From: Escherichia coli
GTDB taxonomy: Bacteria; Pseudomonadota; Gammaproteobacteria; Enterobacterales; Enterobacteriaceae
Assembly (NCBI RefSeq): GCF_965641715.1
Contig: NZ_OZ282453.1
Direction: 5' to 3' (one strand)
Length of the DNA: 64,000 nucleotides
Each line of letters begins with the position of its first letter. The stretch's first letter is position 1. Below the pieces are notes generated by a model. It saw only the letters and a program-made list of their open reading frames with translations, was not told the origin of the DNA and made no database searches. Of the stretch, positions 18,339 through 28,031 are shown one piece after another. The position numbers were made by a program, and so were the translations under genes.

Positions 18339-18482
18339 TTAGTGAATGCTTTTGCTTGATCTCAGTTTCAGTATTAATATCCATTTTTTATAAGCGTCGA
18401 CGGCCTCACGAAACATCTTTTCATCGCGAATAAAAGTGGCGATAGTGAATTTAGTCTGGATAGCCATAATTGTTTGATCCAT
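18339..18482 (-). CDS. kil: Kil (host cell-division inhibitor)
   Basis: Manual translation [47 protein letters not shown] (47 aa); below the ORF-track cutoff as a separate start. Confidence 0.7.
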   Translation of the reverse strand: MDQTIMAIQTKFTIATFIRDEKMFREAVDAYKKWILILKLRSSKSIH

Positions 18483-18615
18483 TTTTTGGGACTCCTGGCT
18501 GATTAAGTATGTCGATAAGGCGTTTCCATCCGTCACGTAATTTACGGGTGATTCGTTCAAGTAAAGATTCGGAAGGGCAGCCAGCAACAGGCCACCCTGC
18601 AATGGCATATTGCAT
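18451..18615 (-). CDS. cIII: CIII (FtsH inhibitor, lysogeny regulator)
   Basis: Manual translation of the minus strand gives [54 protein letters not shown] (54 aa); absent from the ORF track. Confidence 0.7.
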   Translation of the reverse strand: MQYAIAGWPVAGCPSESLLERITRKLRDGWKRLIDILNQPGVPKNGSNNYGYPD

Positions 18616-18687
18616 GGTGTGCTCCTTATTTATACATAACGAAAAACGCCTCGAGTGAAGCGTTATTAGTATGCGGTAACGCAGCGC

Positions 18688-19056
18688 TCAGGCGGCTTTG
18701 ATAGTCATATCATCTGAATCAAATATTCCTGATGTATCGATATCGGTAATTCTTATTCCTTCGCTACCATCCATTGGAGGCCATCCTTCCTGACCATTTC
18801 CATCATTCCAGTCGAACTCACACACAACACCATATGCATTTAAGTCGCTTGAAATTGCTATAAGCAGAGCATGTTGCGCCAGCATGATTAATACAGCATT
18901 TAATACAGAGCCGTGTTTATTGAGTCGGTATTCAGAGTCTGACCAGAAATTATTAATCTGGTGAAGTTTTTCCTCTGTCATTACGTCATGGTCGATTTCA
19001 ATTTCTATTGATGCTTTCCAGTCGTAATCAATGATGTATTTTTTGATGATTGACAT
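18688..19056 (-). CDS. ea10: Lambda Ea10-like protein
   Basis: 122 aa; position between cIII and ral and sequence match lambda ea10 as recalled. Confidence 0.65.
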   Translation of the reverse strand: MSIIKKYIIDYDWKASIEIEIDHDVMTEEKLHQINNFWSDSEYRLNKHGSVLNAVLIMLAQHALLIAISSDLNAYGVVCEFDWNDGNGQEGWPPMDGSEGIRITDIDTSGIFDSDDMTIKAA

Positions 19057-19238
19057 CTGTTCATATCCTCACAGATAAAAAATCGCCCTCACATTAGAGG
19101 GCAAAAAAGATTTCCAATAATCAGAACAAGTCGGCTCCTGTTTAATTATGAGCGACATTGCTCCGTGTATTCACTCGTTGGAATGAATGCACAGTGCAGT
19201 GTTTATTCTGTTGTTTATGCCAAAAATAAAGGCCACTA

Positions 19239-19439
19239 TCAGGCAGCTTTGTTGTTCTGTTTACCAAGTTCTCTGGCAATCATTGCCGTCGTTCGTATTG
19301 CCCATTTATCGACATATTTCCCATCTTCCATTACAGGAAACATTTCTTCAGGCTTAACCATGCATTCCGATTGCAGCTTGCATCCATTGCATCGCTTGAA
19401 TTGTCCACACCATTGATTTGTATCAATAGTCGTAGTCAT
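19239..19439 (-). CDS. ral: Ral (restriction alleviation protein)
   Basis: 66 aa MTTTIDTNQWCGQFKRCNGCKLQSECMVKPEEMFPVMEDGKYVDKW... Confidence 0.8.
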   Translation of the reverse strand: MTTTIDTNQWCGQFKRCNGCKLQSECMVKPEEMFPVMEDGKYVDKWAIRTTAMIARELGKQNNKAA

Positions 19440-19652
19440 ACGGATAGTCCTGGTATTGTTCCATCACATCCTGAGGATGCTCTTCGAACTCTTCAAATTC
19501 TTCTTCCATATATCACCTTAAATAGTGGATTGCGGTAGTAAAGATTGTGCCTGTCTTTTAACCACATCAGGCTCGGTGGTTCTCATGTACCCCTACAGCG
19601 AGAAATCGGATAAACTCTATTCACCCCTACAGAGAGCAAAAGAGAAACGCCG

Positions 19653-20234
19653 ATGAACAACTCATGGTGGCAGGAACTAATGCATTTTTTCCTGCAAGGA
19701 ATGACACTTAAACAGTTGATTCATATGCTAATCATCCTGATCATATTGATTATTGTTATGCCGGTAAGCGTAAAAGAATGGATAAACCTGCATAATCCAG
19801 AAATCCTTCCTCATTACTGGATGTATTACATCCTGTTGTTTTGCGTTAGCTATGTGCTTAACGGCGTTGTTAATTCCGCTTATCACGCTGTGACTGAAAG
19901 AATTGAGGTATCCGCTGCTCAGAAGCGCAAATCTAAAGAAGAAAAATATGTGCAAGATTTGTTTGATTCATTAACTCTTGGAGAAAGAGCGTATTTGGCA
20001 TTCGCTGTAGCCGCTAATAACCAGCTACAAACGGAAAAGGGAGCTCATGAATCAATTTCATTGCTCAAAAAAGGACTCCTCGTTCGAAGGCCTCCTGCTG
20101 TTGGATATCCTGATACTGACCGTTTCGTTATCCCTGAAAGCTATAGACATGAGTGCTACATTAGGTTTGCCGGGAAGGCAGACAGCCTTATGGATGAACT
20201 TATCGCTCAGGATAAGCATGGCAAAAACAAGTAA
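19653..20234 (+). CDS. sieB: SieB-like superinfection exclusion protein
   Basis: 193 aa with a hydrophobic segment (LIHMLIILIILIIVMPV); oriented against pL transcription between ral and N, as lambda/P22 sieB. Confidence 0.7.
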   Translation: MNNSWWQELMHFFLQGMTLKQLIHMLIILIILIIVMPVSVKEWINLHNPEILPHYWMYYILLFCVSYVLNGVVNSAYHAVTERIEVSAAQKRKSKEEKYVQDLFDSLTLGERAYLAFAVAANNQLQTEKGAHESISLLKKGLLVRRPPAVGYPDTDRFVIPESYRHECYIRFAGKADSLMDELIAQDKHGKNK

Positions 20235-20250
20235 TTAGCAAATGAATTTA

Positions 20251-20523
20251 TCATCTCGCCGTCAGTTGTTTTGATTTCCGGTAGCCTGCCGCGTAAATGG
20301 CTACGTTTGGCAGGCAAATACTTCCACTGCATTCATCTGCCTTCTTGCAGCGAAGGCTTCCGAGTGATGCTGCTTTGTCTGCTCTGACGCAACCAGAGAG
20401 CTTTAGCGCAATTTTTCGCGCCAGTCGCTGTTCTTGCATTGCCTGCTCACGTTGAGCCTGTCTGCGTGCTCTGCGGCGATTTCTGGCGTTATCGTCAGCC
20501 AGATATGTAATGACTACTGCCAT
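20251..20523 (-). CDS. N: N-type antitermination protein (phage 21/P22 gene 24 family)
   Basis: 90 aa; Arg-rich N-terminus (NARNRRRARRQAQR) and ARKIALKLSGCVRADKAASLGSLRCKKA...AAGYRKSKQLTAR resemble phage 21 N / P22 gp24. Confidence 0.7.
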   Translation of the reverse strand: MAVVITYLADDNARNRRRARRQAQREQAMQEQRLARKIALKLSGCVRADKAASLGSLRCKKADECSGSICLPNVAIYAAGYRKSKQLTAR

Positions 20524-20808
20524 GTTGACCTCCGATGATTGACTTTGGCGGTGACGCGCCGGGTGCTTATCTTCCGGTTGCCGTCGTGCAGCTGCACTTC
20601 ACGTCACCCCAAAGCCAACTACTCTTTGGTTCCCGCATTTCGGCGGGACAATCCCATCAATGTTAAAGAGCCTGCCAATCTGTTCCGTTTGGCTACCAGC
20701 GTCCTGCTGATGACTTGAATTTAAGATTTCTTTAATTGTTGGTCAAGGGTGTTTTTGAAGAAAACTTAAATTTTATTGCGAAGTTTAAGTTTTGCTTTGA
20801 TTTTTAAA

Positions 20809-20836
20809 GGAAAGAAAAAAAGGGGCGAATGCCCCT
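20809..20836 (-). terminator. Rho-independent terminator downstream of the repressor gene
   Basis: Hairpin aggggcgaatgcccct followed on the minus strand by a T-run. Confidence 0.5.
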
Positions 20837-21486
20837 TATGGAAGGTTTGCTATTTTTGCATCGACAACTACACCGATGATTTTGCAGTTCCCGTTGATCT
20901 CAATCATCGGATATTGTGGGTTAAGTGGTTTTAGAAACCTTCTGCCAGCATCAATAACTAACTTCTTGAAAGTTGCCTCGTTTTCTCCTTCGAGCTTTGC
21001 CACTACCAGCTTCCCATTACGAGGTTCTACTTCTGGATCGACTAGTATTATCATCCCTTCCGGGATGCTAAGACCGGCTGGAGCCGTCATCGAATCACCC
21101 TTTACGTCCAGCCAAAACGAATCTTCTGAACAATCTACGGTTGTATCGTACCAGTTATCTATTGCACGCTTATGATATGGCTCTACAGCTTCCATCCAAC
21201 ATCCTGCGCTTACCCAACTAATTAGAGGATACGAACCTCTTGGATCATGCCTGCTGTGATAGGCAATGTTTGAAAGACTATCTTCTCCTTTCAACAAGTA
21301 ATCAGGGGAGCACTGTAAAGCCTTGGCTAAAGCCAATAGGTTTTCGCCATTGGGCTCAGTTTCAGAACGCTCCCATTGGGAAATAGCAACATTAGACACG
21401 CCAACCATCTTGCCAAGGGCAGCCTGCCTAATCTTAAGTTCTTTTCTGCGAGCGCGAATACGCTCACCCATCAGTTGTGTATTCAT
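20836..21486 (-). CDS. cI: CI-type prophage repressor (P22 C2-like; HTH plus S24 peptidase domain)
   Basis: 216 aa MNTQLMGERIRARRKELKIRQAALGKMVGVSNVAISQWERSETEPNGENLL...; near-identical to P22 C2 as recalled. Confidence 0.9.
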   Translation of the reverse strand: MNTQLMGERIRARRKELKIRQAALGKMVGVSNVAISQWERSETEPNGENLLALAKALQCSPDYLLKGEDSLSNIAYHSRHDPRGSYPLISWVSAGCWMEAVEPYHKRAIDNWYDTTVDCSEDSFWLDVKGDSMTAPAGLSIPEGMIILVDPEVEPRNGKLVVAKLEGENEATFKKLVIDAGRRFLKPLNPQYPMIEINGNCKIIGVVVDAKIANLP

Positions 21487-21566
21487 AGTTAAGACATCTT
21501 AAATAAACTTGACTTAAGATTCCTTTGATAGATAATTTAAGTGTTCTTTAATTTCGGAGCGAGTCT
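21487..21566. promoter_or_regulatory. Right operator/promoter region (OR, PR/PRM) with P22-type operator palindromes
   Basis: Divergent repressor/cro intergenic region with ttaagacatcttaa, cttaagattcctttgat and aatttaagtgttctttaattt. Confidence 0.6.
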
Positions 21567-21752
21567 ATGTACAAGAAAGATGTTATCGACCACTTCGGAA
21601 CCCAGCGTGCGGTAGCTAAAGCGTTAGGCATTAGCGATGCAGCAGTCTCTCAGTGGAAGGAAGTCATCCCAGAGAAAGACGCCTATCGACTGGAAGTCGT
21701 TACAGCTGGCGCCCTGAAGTATCAAGAAAGTGCTTATCGCAAAGCGGCATAA
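21567..21752 (+). CDS. cro: Cro-like repressor
   Basis: 61 aa MYKKDVIDHFGTQRAVAKALGISDAAVSQWKEVIPEKDAY...; divergent from the repressor gene. Confidence 0.85.
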   Translation: MYKKDVIDHFGTQRAVAKALGISDAAVSQWKEVIPEKDAYRLEVVTAGALKYQESAYRKAA

Positions 21753-21860
21753 GCAAATTGCTCTTTAACAGTCATGGTCCTTATTCCCGCCGAAATGCGG
21801 GAATACAACGCGCATCAGTTGGTGCGTATAACTTCTTATTTGTTAAGGAAATACTTACAT

Positions 21861-22139
21861 ATGCAACTTACAAGTACTCGCAAGAAAGCGAATGCAATCA
21901 CAAGCAACATCCTGAATCGAATTGCTGTACGTGGTCAGCGAAAGGTTGCTGATGCATTAGGGATTAATGAATCGCAAATTTCGCGATGGAAAGACAGCTT
22001 TATCCCAAAGATGGCCATGCTTCTGGCTGTGCTGGAGTGGGGTGTTGAAGACGAGGAATTAGCAAAGCTAGCAAAGAAAGTAGCCATGGTGCTGACAAAA
22101 GAAAAGCCTCAAGACTGCTGCAACAGTTTTGAGGCCTGA
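21861..22139 (+). CDS. cII: CII-like transcriptional activator (P22 C1-like)
   Basis: ATG at 21861 preceded by aagga; MQLTSTRKKANAITSNILNRIAVRGQRKVADALGINESQISRWK... Confidence 0.8.
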   Translation: MQLTSTRKKANAITSNILNRIAVRGQRKVADALGINESQISRWKDSFIPKMAMLLAVLEWGVEDEELAKLAKKVAMVLTKEKPQDCCNSFEA

Positions 22140-22173
22140 TGTAGAAAGACTGGATCAATCCACAGGAGTCATT

Positions 22174-23073
22174 ATGACAAATACAGCAAAAATACTCAAC
22201 TTCGGCAGAGGTAACTTTGCCGGACAGGAGCGTAATGTGGCAGATCTCGATGATGGTTACGCCAGACTATCAAATATGCTGCTTGAGGCTTTTTCAGGCG
22301 CAGATCTGACCAAGCGACAGTTTAAAGTGCTGCTTGCCATTCTGCGTAAAACCTATGGGTGGAATAAACCAATGGACAGAATCACCGATTCTCAACTTAG
22401 CGAGATTACAAAGTTACCTGTCAAACGGTGCAATGAAGCCAAGTTAGAACTCGTCAGAATGAATATTATCAAGCAGCAAGGCGGCATGTTTGGACCAAAT
22501 AAAAACATCTCAGAATGGTGTATCCCTCAAAACGAGGGAAAATCCCCTAAAACGAGGGATAAAACATCCCTCAAATTGGGGGATTGCTATCCCTCAAAAC
22601 AGGGGGACACAAAAGACACTATTACAAAAGAAAAAAGAAAAGATTATTCGTCAGAGAATTCTGGCGAATCCTCTGACCAGCCAGAAAACGCTCTTTCTGT
22701 GGTTAAACCGGATGCTGCAATTCAGAGCGGCAGCAAGTGGGGGACAGCAGAAGACTTGACCGCCGCAGAGTGGATGTTTGACATGGTGAAGACTATCGCA
22801 CCATCAGCCAGAAAACCGAATTTTGCTGGGTGGGCTAACGATATCCGCCTGATGCGTGAACGTGACGGACGTAACCATCGCGACATGTGTGTACTGTTCC
22901 GCTGGGCATGCCAGGACAACTTCTGGTCCGGTAACGTGCTTAGCCCGGCCAAACTCCGCGACAAGTGGACCCAGCTCGAAATCAACCGTAACAAGCAACA
23001 GGCAGTCGTGACAGCCAGCAAACCAAAACTCGACCTGACAAACACAGACTGGATTTACGGGGTGGATCTATGA
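22174..23073 (+). CDS. O: Replication initiator O (lambda O-like)
   Basis: Start at MTNTAKILNFGRGNF... with aggag RBS; ori iterons lie within the gene. Confidence 0.9.
   Translation: MTNTAKILNFGRGNFAGQERNVADLDDGYARLSNMLLEAFSGADLTKRQFKVLLAILRKTYGWNKPMDRITDSQLSEITKLPVKRCNEAKLELVRMNIIKQQGGMFGPNKNISEWCIPQNEGKSPKTRDKTSLKLGDCYPSKQGDTKDTITKEKRKDYSSENSGESSDQPENALSVVKPDAAIQSGSKWGTAEDLTAAEWMFDMVKTIAPSARKPNFAGWANDIRLMRERDGRNHRDMCVLFRWACQDNFWSGNVLSPAKLRDKWTQLEINRNKQQAVVTASKPKLDLTNTDWIYGVDL
22523..22606 (+). repeat. Lambda-type origin iterons (four ~18-bp direct repeats) inside O
   Basis: tccctcaaaacgaggga / tcccctaaaacgaggga / tccctcaaattggggga / tccctcaaaacaggggga, followed by an A-rich stretch. Confidence 0.8.
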
Positions 23074-23771
23074 AAAACATCGCCGCACAGATGGTTAACT
23101 TTGACCGTGAGCAGATGCGTCGGATCGCCAACAACATGCCGGAACAGTACGACGAAAAGCCGCAGGTACAGCAGGTAGCGCAGATCATCAACGGTGTGTT
23201 CAGCCAGTTACTGGCAACTTTCCCGGCGAGTCTGGCTAACCGTGACCAGAACGAACTGAACGAAATCCGCCGCCAGTGGGTTCTGGCTTTCCGGGAAAAC
23301 GGGATCACCACAATGGAACAGGTTAACGCAGGAATGCGCGTAGCCCGTCGGCAGAATCGACCATTTCTGCCATCACCCGGGCAGTTTGTTGCATGGTGCC
23401 GGGAAGAAGCATCCGTTATCGCCGGACTGCCAAACGTCAGCGAGCTGGTTGATATGGTTTACGAGTATTGCCGGAAGCGAGGCCTGTATCCGGATGCGGA
23501 GTCTTATCCGTGGAAATCAAACGCGCACTACTGGCTGGTTACCAACCTGTATCAGAACATGCGGGCCAATGCGCTTACTGATGCGGAATTACGCCGTAAG
23601 GCCGCAGATGAGCTTGTCCATATGACTGCGAGAATTAACCGTGGTGAGGCGATCCCTGAACCAGTAAAACAACTTCCTGTCATGGGCGGTAGACCTCTAA
23701 ATCGTGCACAGGCTCTGGCGAAGATCGCAGAAATCAAAGCTAAGTTCGGACTGAAAGGAGCAAGTGTATGA
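23070..23771 (+). CDS. P: Replication protein P (DnaB helicase loader, lambda P-like)
   Basis: 233 aa MKNIAAQMVNFDREQMRRIANNMPEQYDEKPQVQQVAQIINGVF... Confidence 0.9.
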   Translation: MKNIAAQMVNFDREQMRRIANNMPEQYDEKPQVQQVAQIINGVFSQLLATFPASLANRDQNELNEIRRQWVLAFRENGITTMEQVNAGMRVARRQNRPFLPSPGQFVAWCREEASVIAGLPNVSELVDMVYEYCRKRGLYPDAESYPWKSNAHYWLVTNLYQNMRANALTDAELRRKAADELVHMTARINRGEAIPEPVKQLPVMGGRPLNRAQALAKIAEIKAKFGLKGASV

Positions 23772-24058
23772 CGGGCAAAGAGGCAATTATTCATTACCTG
23801 GGGACGCATAATAGCTTCTGTGCGCCGGACGTTGCCGCGCTAACAGGCGCAACAGTAACCAGCATAAATCAGGCCGCGGCTAAAATGGCACGGGCAGGTC
23901 TTCTGGTTATCGAAGGTAAGGTCTGGCGAACGGTGTATTACCGGTTTGCTACCAAGGAAGAACGGGAAGGAAAGATGAGCACGAACCTGATTTTTAAGGA
24001 GTGTCGCCAGAGTGCCGCGATGAAACGGGTATTGGCGGTATATGGAGTTAAAAGATGA
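23768..24058 (+). CDS. ren: Ren-like protein
   Basis: 96 aa MTGKEAIIHYLGTHNSFCAPDVAALTG... Confidence 0.8.
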   Translation: MTGKEAIIHYLGTHNSFCAPDVAALTGATVTSINQAAAKMARAGLLVIEGKVWRTVYYRFATKEEREGKMSTNLIFKECRQSAAMKRVLAVYGVKR

Positions 24059-24084
24059 CCATCTACATCACTGAGCTAATAACA

Positions 24085-24114
24085 GGCCTGCTGGTAATCG
24101 CAGGCCTTTTTATT
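24085..24114 (+). terminator. Rho-independent terminator (lambda tR2-like) upstream of ninB
   Basis: ggcctgc-tggtaatc-gcaggcc hairpin followed by tttttatttggg. Confidence 0.6.
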
Positions 24115-24131
24115 TGGGGGAGAGGGAAGTC

Positions 24132-24572
24132 ATGAAAAAACTAACCTTTGAAATTCGATCTCCAGCACATCAGCAAAACGCTATTCACGCGGTACAGCAA
24201 ATTCTTCCAGACCCAACCAAACCAATCGTAGTAACCATTCAGGAACGCAACCGCAGCTTAGACCAGAATCGAAAGCTTTGGGCTTGCCTTGGTGACGTCT
24301 CTCGTCAGGTTGAATGGCATGGTCGCTGGCTGGATGCAGAAAGCTGGAAGTGTGTGTTTACCGCAGCATTAAAGCAGCAGGATGTTGTTCCTAACCTTGC
24401 CGGGAATGGCTTTGTGGTAATAGGCCAGTCAACCAGCAGGATGCGTGTAAGCGAATTTGCGGAGCTATTAGAGCTTATACAGGCATTCGGTACAGAGCGT
24501 GGCGTTAAGTGGTCAGACGAAGCGCGACTGGCTCTCGAATGGAAAGCGCGATGGGGAGACAGGGCAGCATGA
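24132..24572 (+). CDS. ninB: NinB recombination protein
   Basis: [46 protein letters not shown]... Confidence 0.8.
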   Translation: MKKLTFEIRSPAHQQNAIHAVQQILPDPTKPIVVTIQERNRSLDQNRKLWACLGDVSRQVEWHGRWLDAESWKCVFTAALKQQDVVPNLAGNGFVVIGQSTSRMRVSEFAELLELIQAFGTERGVKWSDEARLALEWKARWGDRAA

Positions 24573-24751
24573 GACGACAGCGACGAAGTTTCACCGACAT
24601 CATCTGCGAAAACTGCAAATACCTTCCAACGAAACGCTCCAGAAATAAACGCAAGCCAATCCCAAAAGAATCTGACGTAAAAACCTTCAACTACACGGCT
24701 CACCTGTGGGATATCCGGTGGCTAAGACATCGTGCGAGGAAAACAAGGTGA
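24569..24751 (+). CDS. ninD: NinD-like protein
   Basis: Internal start giving [40 protein letters not shown]... Confidence 0.6.
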   Translation: MRRQRRSFTDIICENCKYLPTKRSRNKRKPIPKESDVKTFNYTAHLWDIRWLRHRARKTR

Positions 24752-24918
24752 TTGACCAAAATCGAAGTTACGAACAAGAAAGCGTCGAGCGAGCTTTAAC
24801 GTGCGCTAACTGCGGTCAGAAGCTGCATGTGCTGGAAGTTCACGTGTGTGAGCACTGCTGCGCAGAGCTGATGAGCGATTCGAATAGCTCGATGCACGAG
24901 GAAGAAGATGATGGCTAA
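24706..24918 (+). CDS. ninE: NinE-like protein
   Basis: ...[43 protein letters not shown]...; start uncertain. Confidence 0.6.
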   Translation: MGYPVAKTSCEENKVIDQNRSYEQESVERALTCANCGQKLHVLEVHVCEHCCAELMSDSNSSMHEEEDDG

Positions 24919-25522
24919 ACCAGCGCGAAGACGATGTAAAAACGATGAATGTCGGGAATGGTTTCACCCTGCATTCGCTAATCAGTGGTGGTGCTCTCCA
25001 GAGTGTGGAACCAAGATAGCACTCGAACGACGAAGCAAAGAACGCGAAAAAGCGGAAAAGGCAGCAGAGAAGAAACGACGACGAGAGGAGCAGAAACAGA
25101 AAGATAAACTTAAGATTCGAAAACTCGCCTTAAAGCCCCGCAGTTACTGGATTAAACAAGCCCAACAAGCCGTAAACGCCTTCATCAGAGAAAGAGACCG
25201 CGACTTACCATGTATCTCGTGCGGAACGCTCACGTCTGCTCAGTGGGATGCCGGGCATTACCGGACAACTGCTGCGGCGCCTCAACTCCGATTTGATGAA
25301 CGCAATATTCACAAGCAATGCGTGGTGTGCAACCAACATAAAAGCGGAAATCTCGTTCCGTATCGCGTCGAACTGATTAACCGCATCGGGCAGGAAGCAG
25401 TAGACGAAATCGAATCAAACCATAACCGCCATCGCTGGACTGTCGAAGAGTGCAGGGCCATCAAGGCGGAGTACCAACAGAAACTCAAAGACCTGCGAAA
25501 TAGCAGAAGTGAGGCCGCATGA
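24908..25522 (+). CDS. ninG: NinG / Rap recombination endonuclease
   Basis: 204 aa [42 protein letters not shown]... Confidence 0.8.
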   Translation: MMAKPARRRCKNDECREWFHPAFANQWWCSPECGTKIALERRSKEREKAEKAAEKKRRREEQKQKDKLKIRKLALKPRSYWIKQAQQAVNAFIRERDRDLPCISCGTLTSAQWDAGHYRTTAAAPQLRFDERNIHKQCVVCNQHKSGNLVPYRVELINRIGQEAVDEIESNHNRHRWTVEECRAIKAEYQQKLKDLRNSRSEAA

Positions 25523-25565
25523 CGTTCTCAGTAAAAATCATTCCAGATAACAAGGGAGAAGGCGC

Positions 25566-26084
25566 ATGGGCATAAGAGAACTAAACCTCACCAAAGAGCA
25601 GCACGAGTGGCTGAATGGCTGGCTTGAACTGTGGGGAGCATGGGTTTATTCAGGTCGTCTGGAAAAGCGCATGAGCAGCGTAATAGCTAAGTTCATGGAG
25701 AGCGTAGAGCCGGGAAGAGTTATGACAAGGCCAATGTGTAATGATGATGATGGAATGTTGATTTCTCAGGTCGTCGATTCCGTCATGTACATTGACAAGA
25801 AAGCCTTTGGCATCCTCCTCAGCTACTACGCTCATGGTTCATCTAAGCGAGCAATTGCATCCTACTATCACGCGACTGCAAAGCCACGCAAGATGTGTGG
25901 ACGTGGTGGCGAGGGATGGAGAAAACCTTCACTGGCAACCTGTAGAAACGAAATTGACGACATCCTGAAAGCGTCGTTATTTGTTTTGTACCAGCCAATG
26001 CAAAATGCTTTCAAAATGCGTAAACGTGTTGAGAAAGTTAAGCATGTTGCTGTTAAAAGCCTTGACATGCAATTAGCCATTTAG
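25566..26084 (+). CDS. Q: Late-gene antiterminator Q (phage 21/82-type rather than lambda-type)
   Basis: 172 aa; position after nin genes and before the lysis cassette; W..GAW...RPMC.DDD..MLI...Y pattern resembles non-lambda Q proteins as recalled. Confidence 0.6.
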   Translation: MGIRELNLTKEQHEWLNGWLELWGAWVYSGRLEKRMSSVIAKFMESVEPGRVMTRPMCNDDDGMLISQVVDSVMYIDKKAFGILLSYYAHGSSKRAIASYYHATAKPRKMCGRGGEGWRKPSLATCRNEIDDILKASLFVLYQPMQNAFKMRKRVEKVKHVAVKSLDMQLAI

Positions 26085-26103
26085 CCATAATTAGCAGGTA
26101 AGC

Positions 26104-26140
26104 TGCCGTTAATGACTCTTAAGTTGCAACGGTGGCTTTT
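26104..26140 (+). terminator. Possible late-leader (tR'-like) terminator after Q
   Basis: Imperfect 9-bp stem (gctgccgtt / aacggtggc, two G-U pairs) with a large loop, then tttttta. Confidence 0.35.
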
Positions 26141-26146
26141 TTATTT

Positions 26147-26221
26147 GGGTCAGTCGTATAAAGGTCATTACGGAAGGCTGTTAACCTTCTTATCGTGGTT
26201 CGAGTCCACGCTGTCCCGCCA
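26147..26221 (+). tRNA. Phage-borne tRNA-like gene, anticodon GUU (Asn) by manual fold; possibly a pseudo-tRNA
   Basis: Hand-folded cloverleaf: T-arm cgtgg-ttcgagt-ccacg, anticodon loop ctGTTaa, encoded gCCA end; one U-U mismatch in the acceptor and one in the D stem. Confidence 0.4.
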
Positions 26222-26226
26222 AATAT

Positions 26227-26302
26227 ACTGGTTTAGCTCCAATGGTAGAGCAGTCGCCTTGTAAGCGAATGGGTAGCGGTTCAAGTCCGTTAACCAGCAC
26301 CA
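26227..26302 (+). tRNA. Phage-borne tRNA-like gene, anticodon UGU (Thr) by manual fold
   Basis: Hand-folded 76-nt cloverleaf: D-arm gctc/gagc with GG, anticodon loop ctTGTaa, T-loop ttcaagt, encoded aCCA end; A1-C72 mismatch. Confidence 0.45.
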
Positions 26303-26544
26303 TAACTGAGCCGTAGCCACTGGCTATCCTGAATTCATCAGTGATAGTTATGCTGCGGCCTTCTACACATGACCTTCGTGAAAGCGGGTGGCAGGAGGTT
26401 GCGCTAACAACCTCATGCCGTTTTGCCCGTGCATATCGGTCACGAACAAATCTGATTACTAAACACAGTAGCCTGGATTTGTTCTATCAGTAATCGACCT
26501 TATTCCTAATTAAATAGAGCAAATCCCCTTATTGGGGGTAAGAC

Positions 26545-26868
26545 ATGAAGATGCCAGAAAAACATGACCTGTTAGCCGCCATTCTCGCGGCAAAGGAACA
26601 AGGCATCGGGGCAATCCTTGCGTTTGCAATGGCGTACCTTCGCGGAAGATATAATGGCGGTGCGTTTACAAAAACAGTAATCGACGCAACGATGTGCGCC
26701 ATTATCGCCTGGTTCATTCGTGACCTTCTCGACTTCGCCGGATTAAGTAGCAATCTCGCTTATATAACGAGCGTGTTCATCGGCTACATCGGTACTGACT
26801 CGATTGGTTCGCTTATCAAACGCTTCGCTGCTAAAAAAGCCGGAGTAGAAGATGGTGGAAATCAATAA
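26545..26868 (+). CDS. S: Holin (lambda S-like, class I)
   Basis: 107 aa [34 protein letters not shown]... Confidence 0.85.
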   Translation: MKMPEKHDLLAAILAAKEQGIGAILAFAMAYLRGRYNGGAFTKTVIDATMCAIIAWFIRDLLDFAGLSSNLAYITSVFIGYIGTDSIGSLIKRFAAKKAGVEDGGNQ

Positions 26869-27328
26869 TCAACGTAAGGCGTTCCTCGATATGCTGGCGT
26901 GGTCAGAGGGAACTGATAACGGACGTCAGAAAACCAGAAATCATGGTTATGACGTCATTGTTGGCGGAGAGCTATTCACTGATTACTCAGATCACCCTCG
27001 CAAACTTGTCACGCTAAACCCCAAACTCAAATCAACAGCAGCCGGACGTTACCAGCTTCTTTCCCGTTGGTGGGATGCCTATCGTAAGCAGCTTGGCCTG
27101 AAAGAGTTCTCTCCCAAAAGCCAGGACGCTGTTGCGCTGCAGCAGATTAAGGAGCGTGGCGCTTTGCCGATGATTGATCGCGGTGATATCCGTCAGGCTA
27201 TCGACCGTTGCAGCAATATCTGGGCTTCACTGCCGGGGGCTGGTTATGGTCAGTTCGAGCATAAGGCTGACAGCCTGATTGCAAAATTCAAAGAGGCTGG
27301 CGGAACGGTCAGAGAGATTGAGGTATGA
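26852..27328 (+). CDS. R: Endolysin (lambda R-like lytic transglycosylase)
   Basis: 158 aa [45 protein letters not shown]... Confidence 0.85.
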   Translation: MVEINNQRKAFLDMLAWSEGTDNGRQKTRNHGYDVIVGGELFTDYSDHPRKLVTLNPKLKSTAAGRYQLLSRWWDAYRKQLGLKEFSPKSQDAVALQQIKERGALPMIDRGDIRQAIDRCSNIWASLPGAGYGQFEHKADSLIAKFKEAGGTVREIEV

Positions 27329-27765
27329 GCAGAGTAACCGCGATTATCTCCGCTCTGGTTATCTGCATCATCGTCTGCCTGTTATGGGCTGTTAATCATT
27401 ACCGTGATAACGCCATCGCCTACAAAGAACAGCGCGATAAGGCCGCATCCATCATCGCTGACATGCAGAAGCGTCAACGTGATGTCACTGCACTGGATGC
27501 TAAATACACTGGAGAACTGGCTGATGCCAAAGCCACTATTGATCAGCTTGAGCGCGATGTTGCTTCTGGCAAACGTCGGTTGCAGCTCAACGCAAGCTGT
27601 CCCGCGAACGGAGCGACCAGCACCGGCAGCCTGGGCGATGCTTCCAGCCCCGGACTTACTGACTCCGCTGAACGGGATTATTTCACCCTCAGAGAGCGTA
27701 TCGTCACAGTGACGAAGCAGGTTGGCTATTTGCAGGACTACATCAACACCCAATGTCTGAAATGA
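27325..27765 (+). CDS. Rz: Spanin inner-membrane subunit (Rz-like)
   Basis: 146 aa with N-terminal TM segment and coiled-coil body, directly after R. Confidence 0.8.
   Translation: MSRVTAIISALVICIIVCLLWAVNHYRDNAIAYKEQRDKAASIIADMQKRQRDVTALDAKYTGELADAKATIDQLERDVASGKRRLQLNASCPANGATSTGSLGDASSPGLTDSAERDYFTLRERIVTVTKQVGYLQDYINTQCLK
27524..27712 (+). CDS. Rz1: Spanin outer-membrane lipoprotein subunit (Rz1-like), embedded in the +1 frame of Rz
   Basis: Embedded ORF with lipobox-like [10 protein letters not shown], Pro-rich body and ...[11 protein letters not shown] motif as in lambda Rz1. Confidence 0.55.
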   Translation: MPKPLLISLSAMLLLANVGCSSTQAVPRTERPAPAAWAMLPAPDLLTPLNGIISPSESVSSQ

Positions 27766-27803
27766 GCTATGATTCTGTTTTCAATTATTAAAGGAAGATA
27801 ATA

Positions 27804-28004
27804 ATGACTAATAGAGAAATAGCTCTTGAGCAAGCCCTTATCGCTGTTATCGGCGCTATCCGAGAAGAGGATGCTGATTTGGAGCGCATAGCAGTTAGGG
27901 CTGACATGCTTTTGCTGGATAATTCACCTTATCGAATAGTTGAGCATCCCCATGTCTCAAACGCTTTAACTGAAATTGAAAAAGCACTTAATTTCAAAAA
28001 GTAA
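27804..28004 (+). CDS. Hypothetical small acidic protein after the lysis cassette
   Basis: 66-aa ORF immediately followed by a strong terminator. Confidence 0.5.
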   Translation: MTNREIALEQALIAVIGAIREEDADLERIAVRADMLLLDNSPYRIVEHPHVSNALTEIEKALNFKK

Positions 28005-28007
28005 ATC

Positions 28008-28031
28008 AAGCCGCCTCCGGGCGGTTTTTTT
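28008..28031 (+). terminator. Rho-independent terminator
   Basis: gccgcctccgggcggc-type GC hairpin followed by ttttttt. Confidence 0.65.

Noticed and set aside
22523..22606. Short direct repeats that could be mistaken for a CRISPR array
   Set aside because: Four ~18-bp iterons inside the O gene with no spacers, characteristic of a lambda-type replication origin; no cas genes anywhere in the window.
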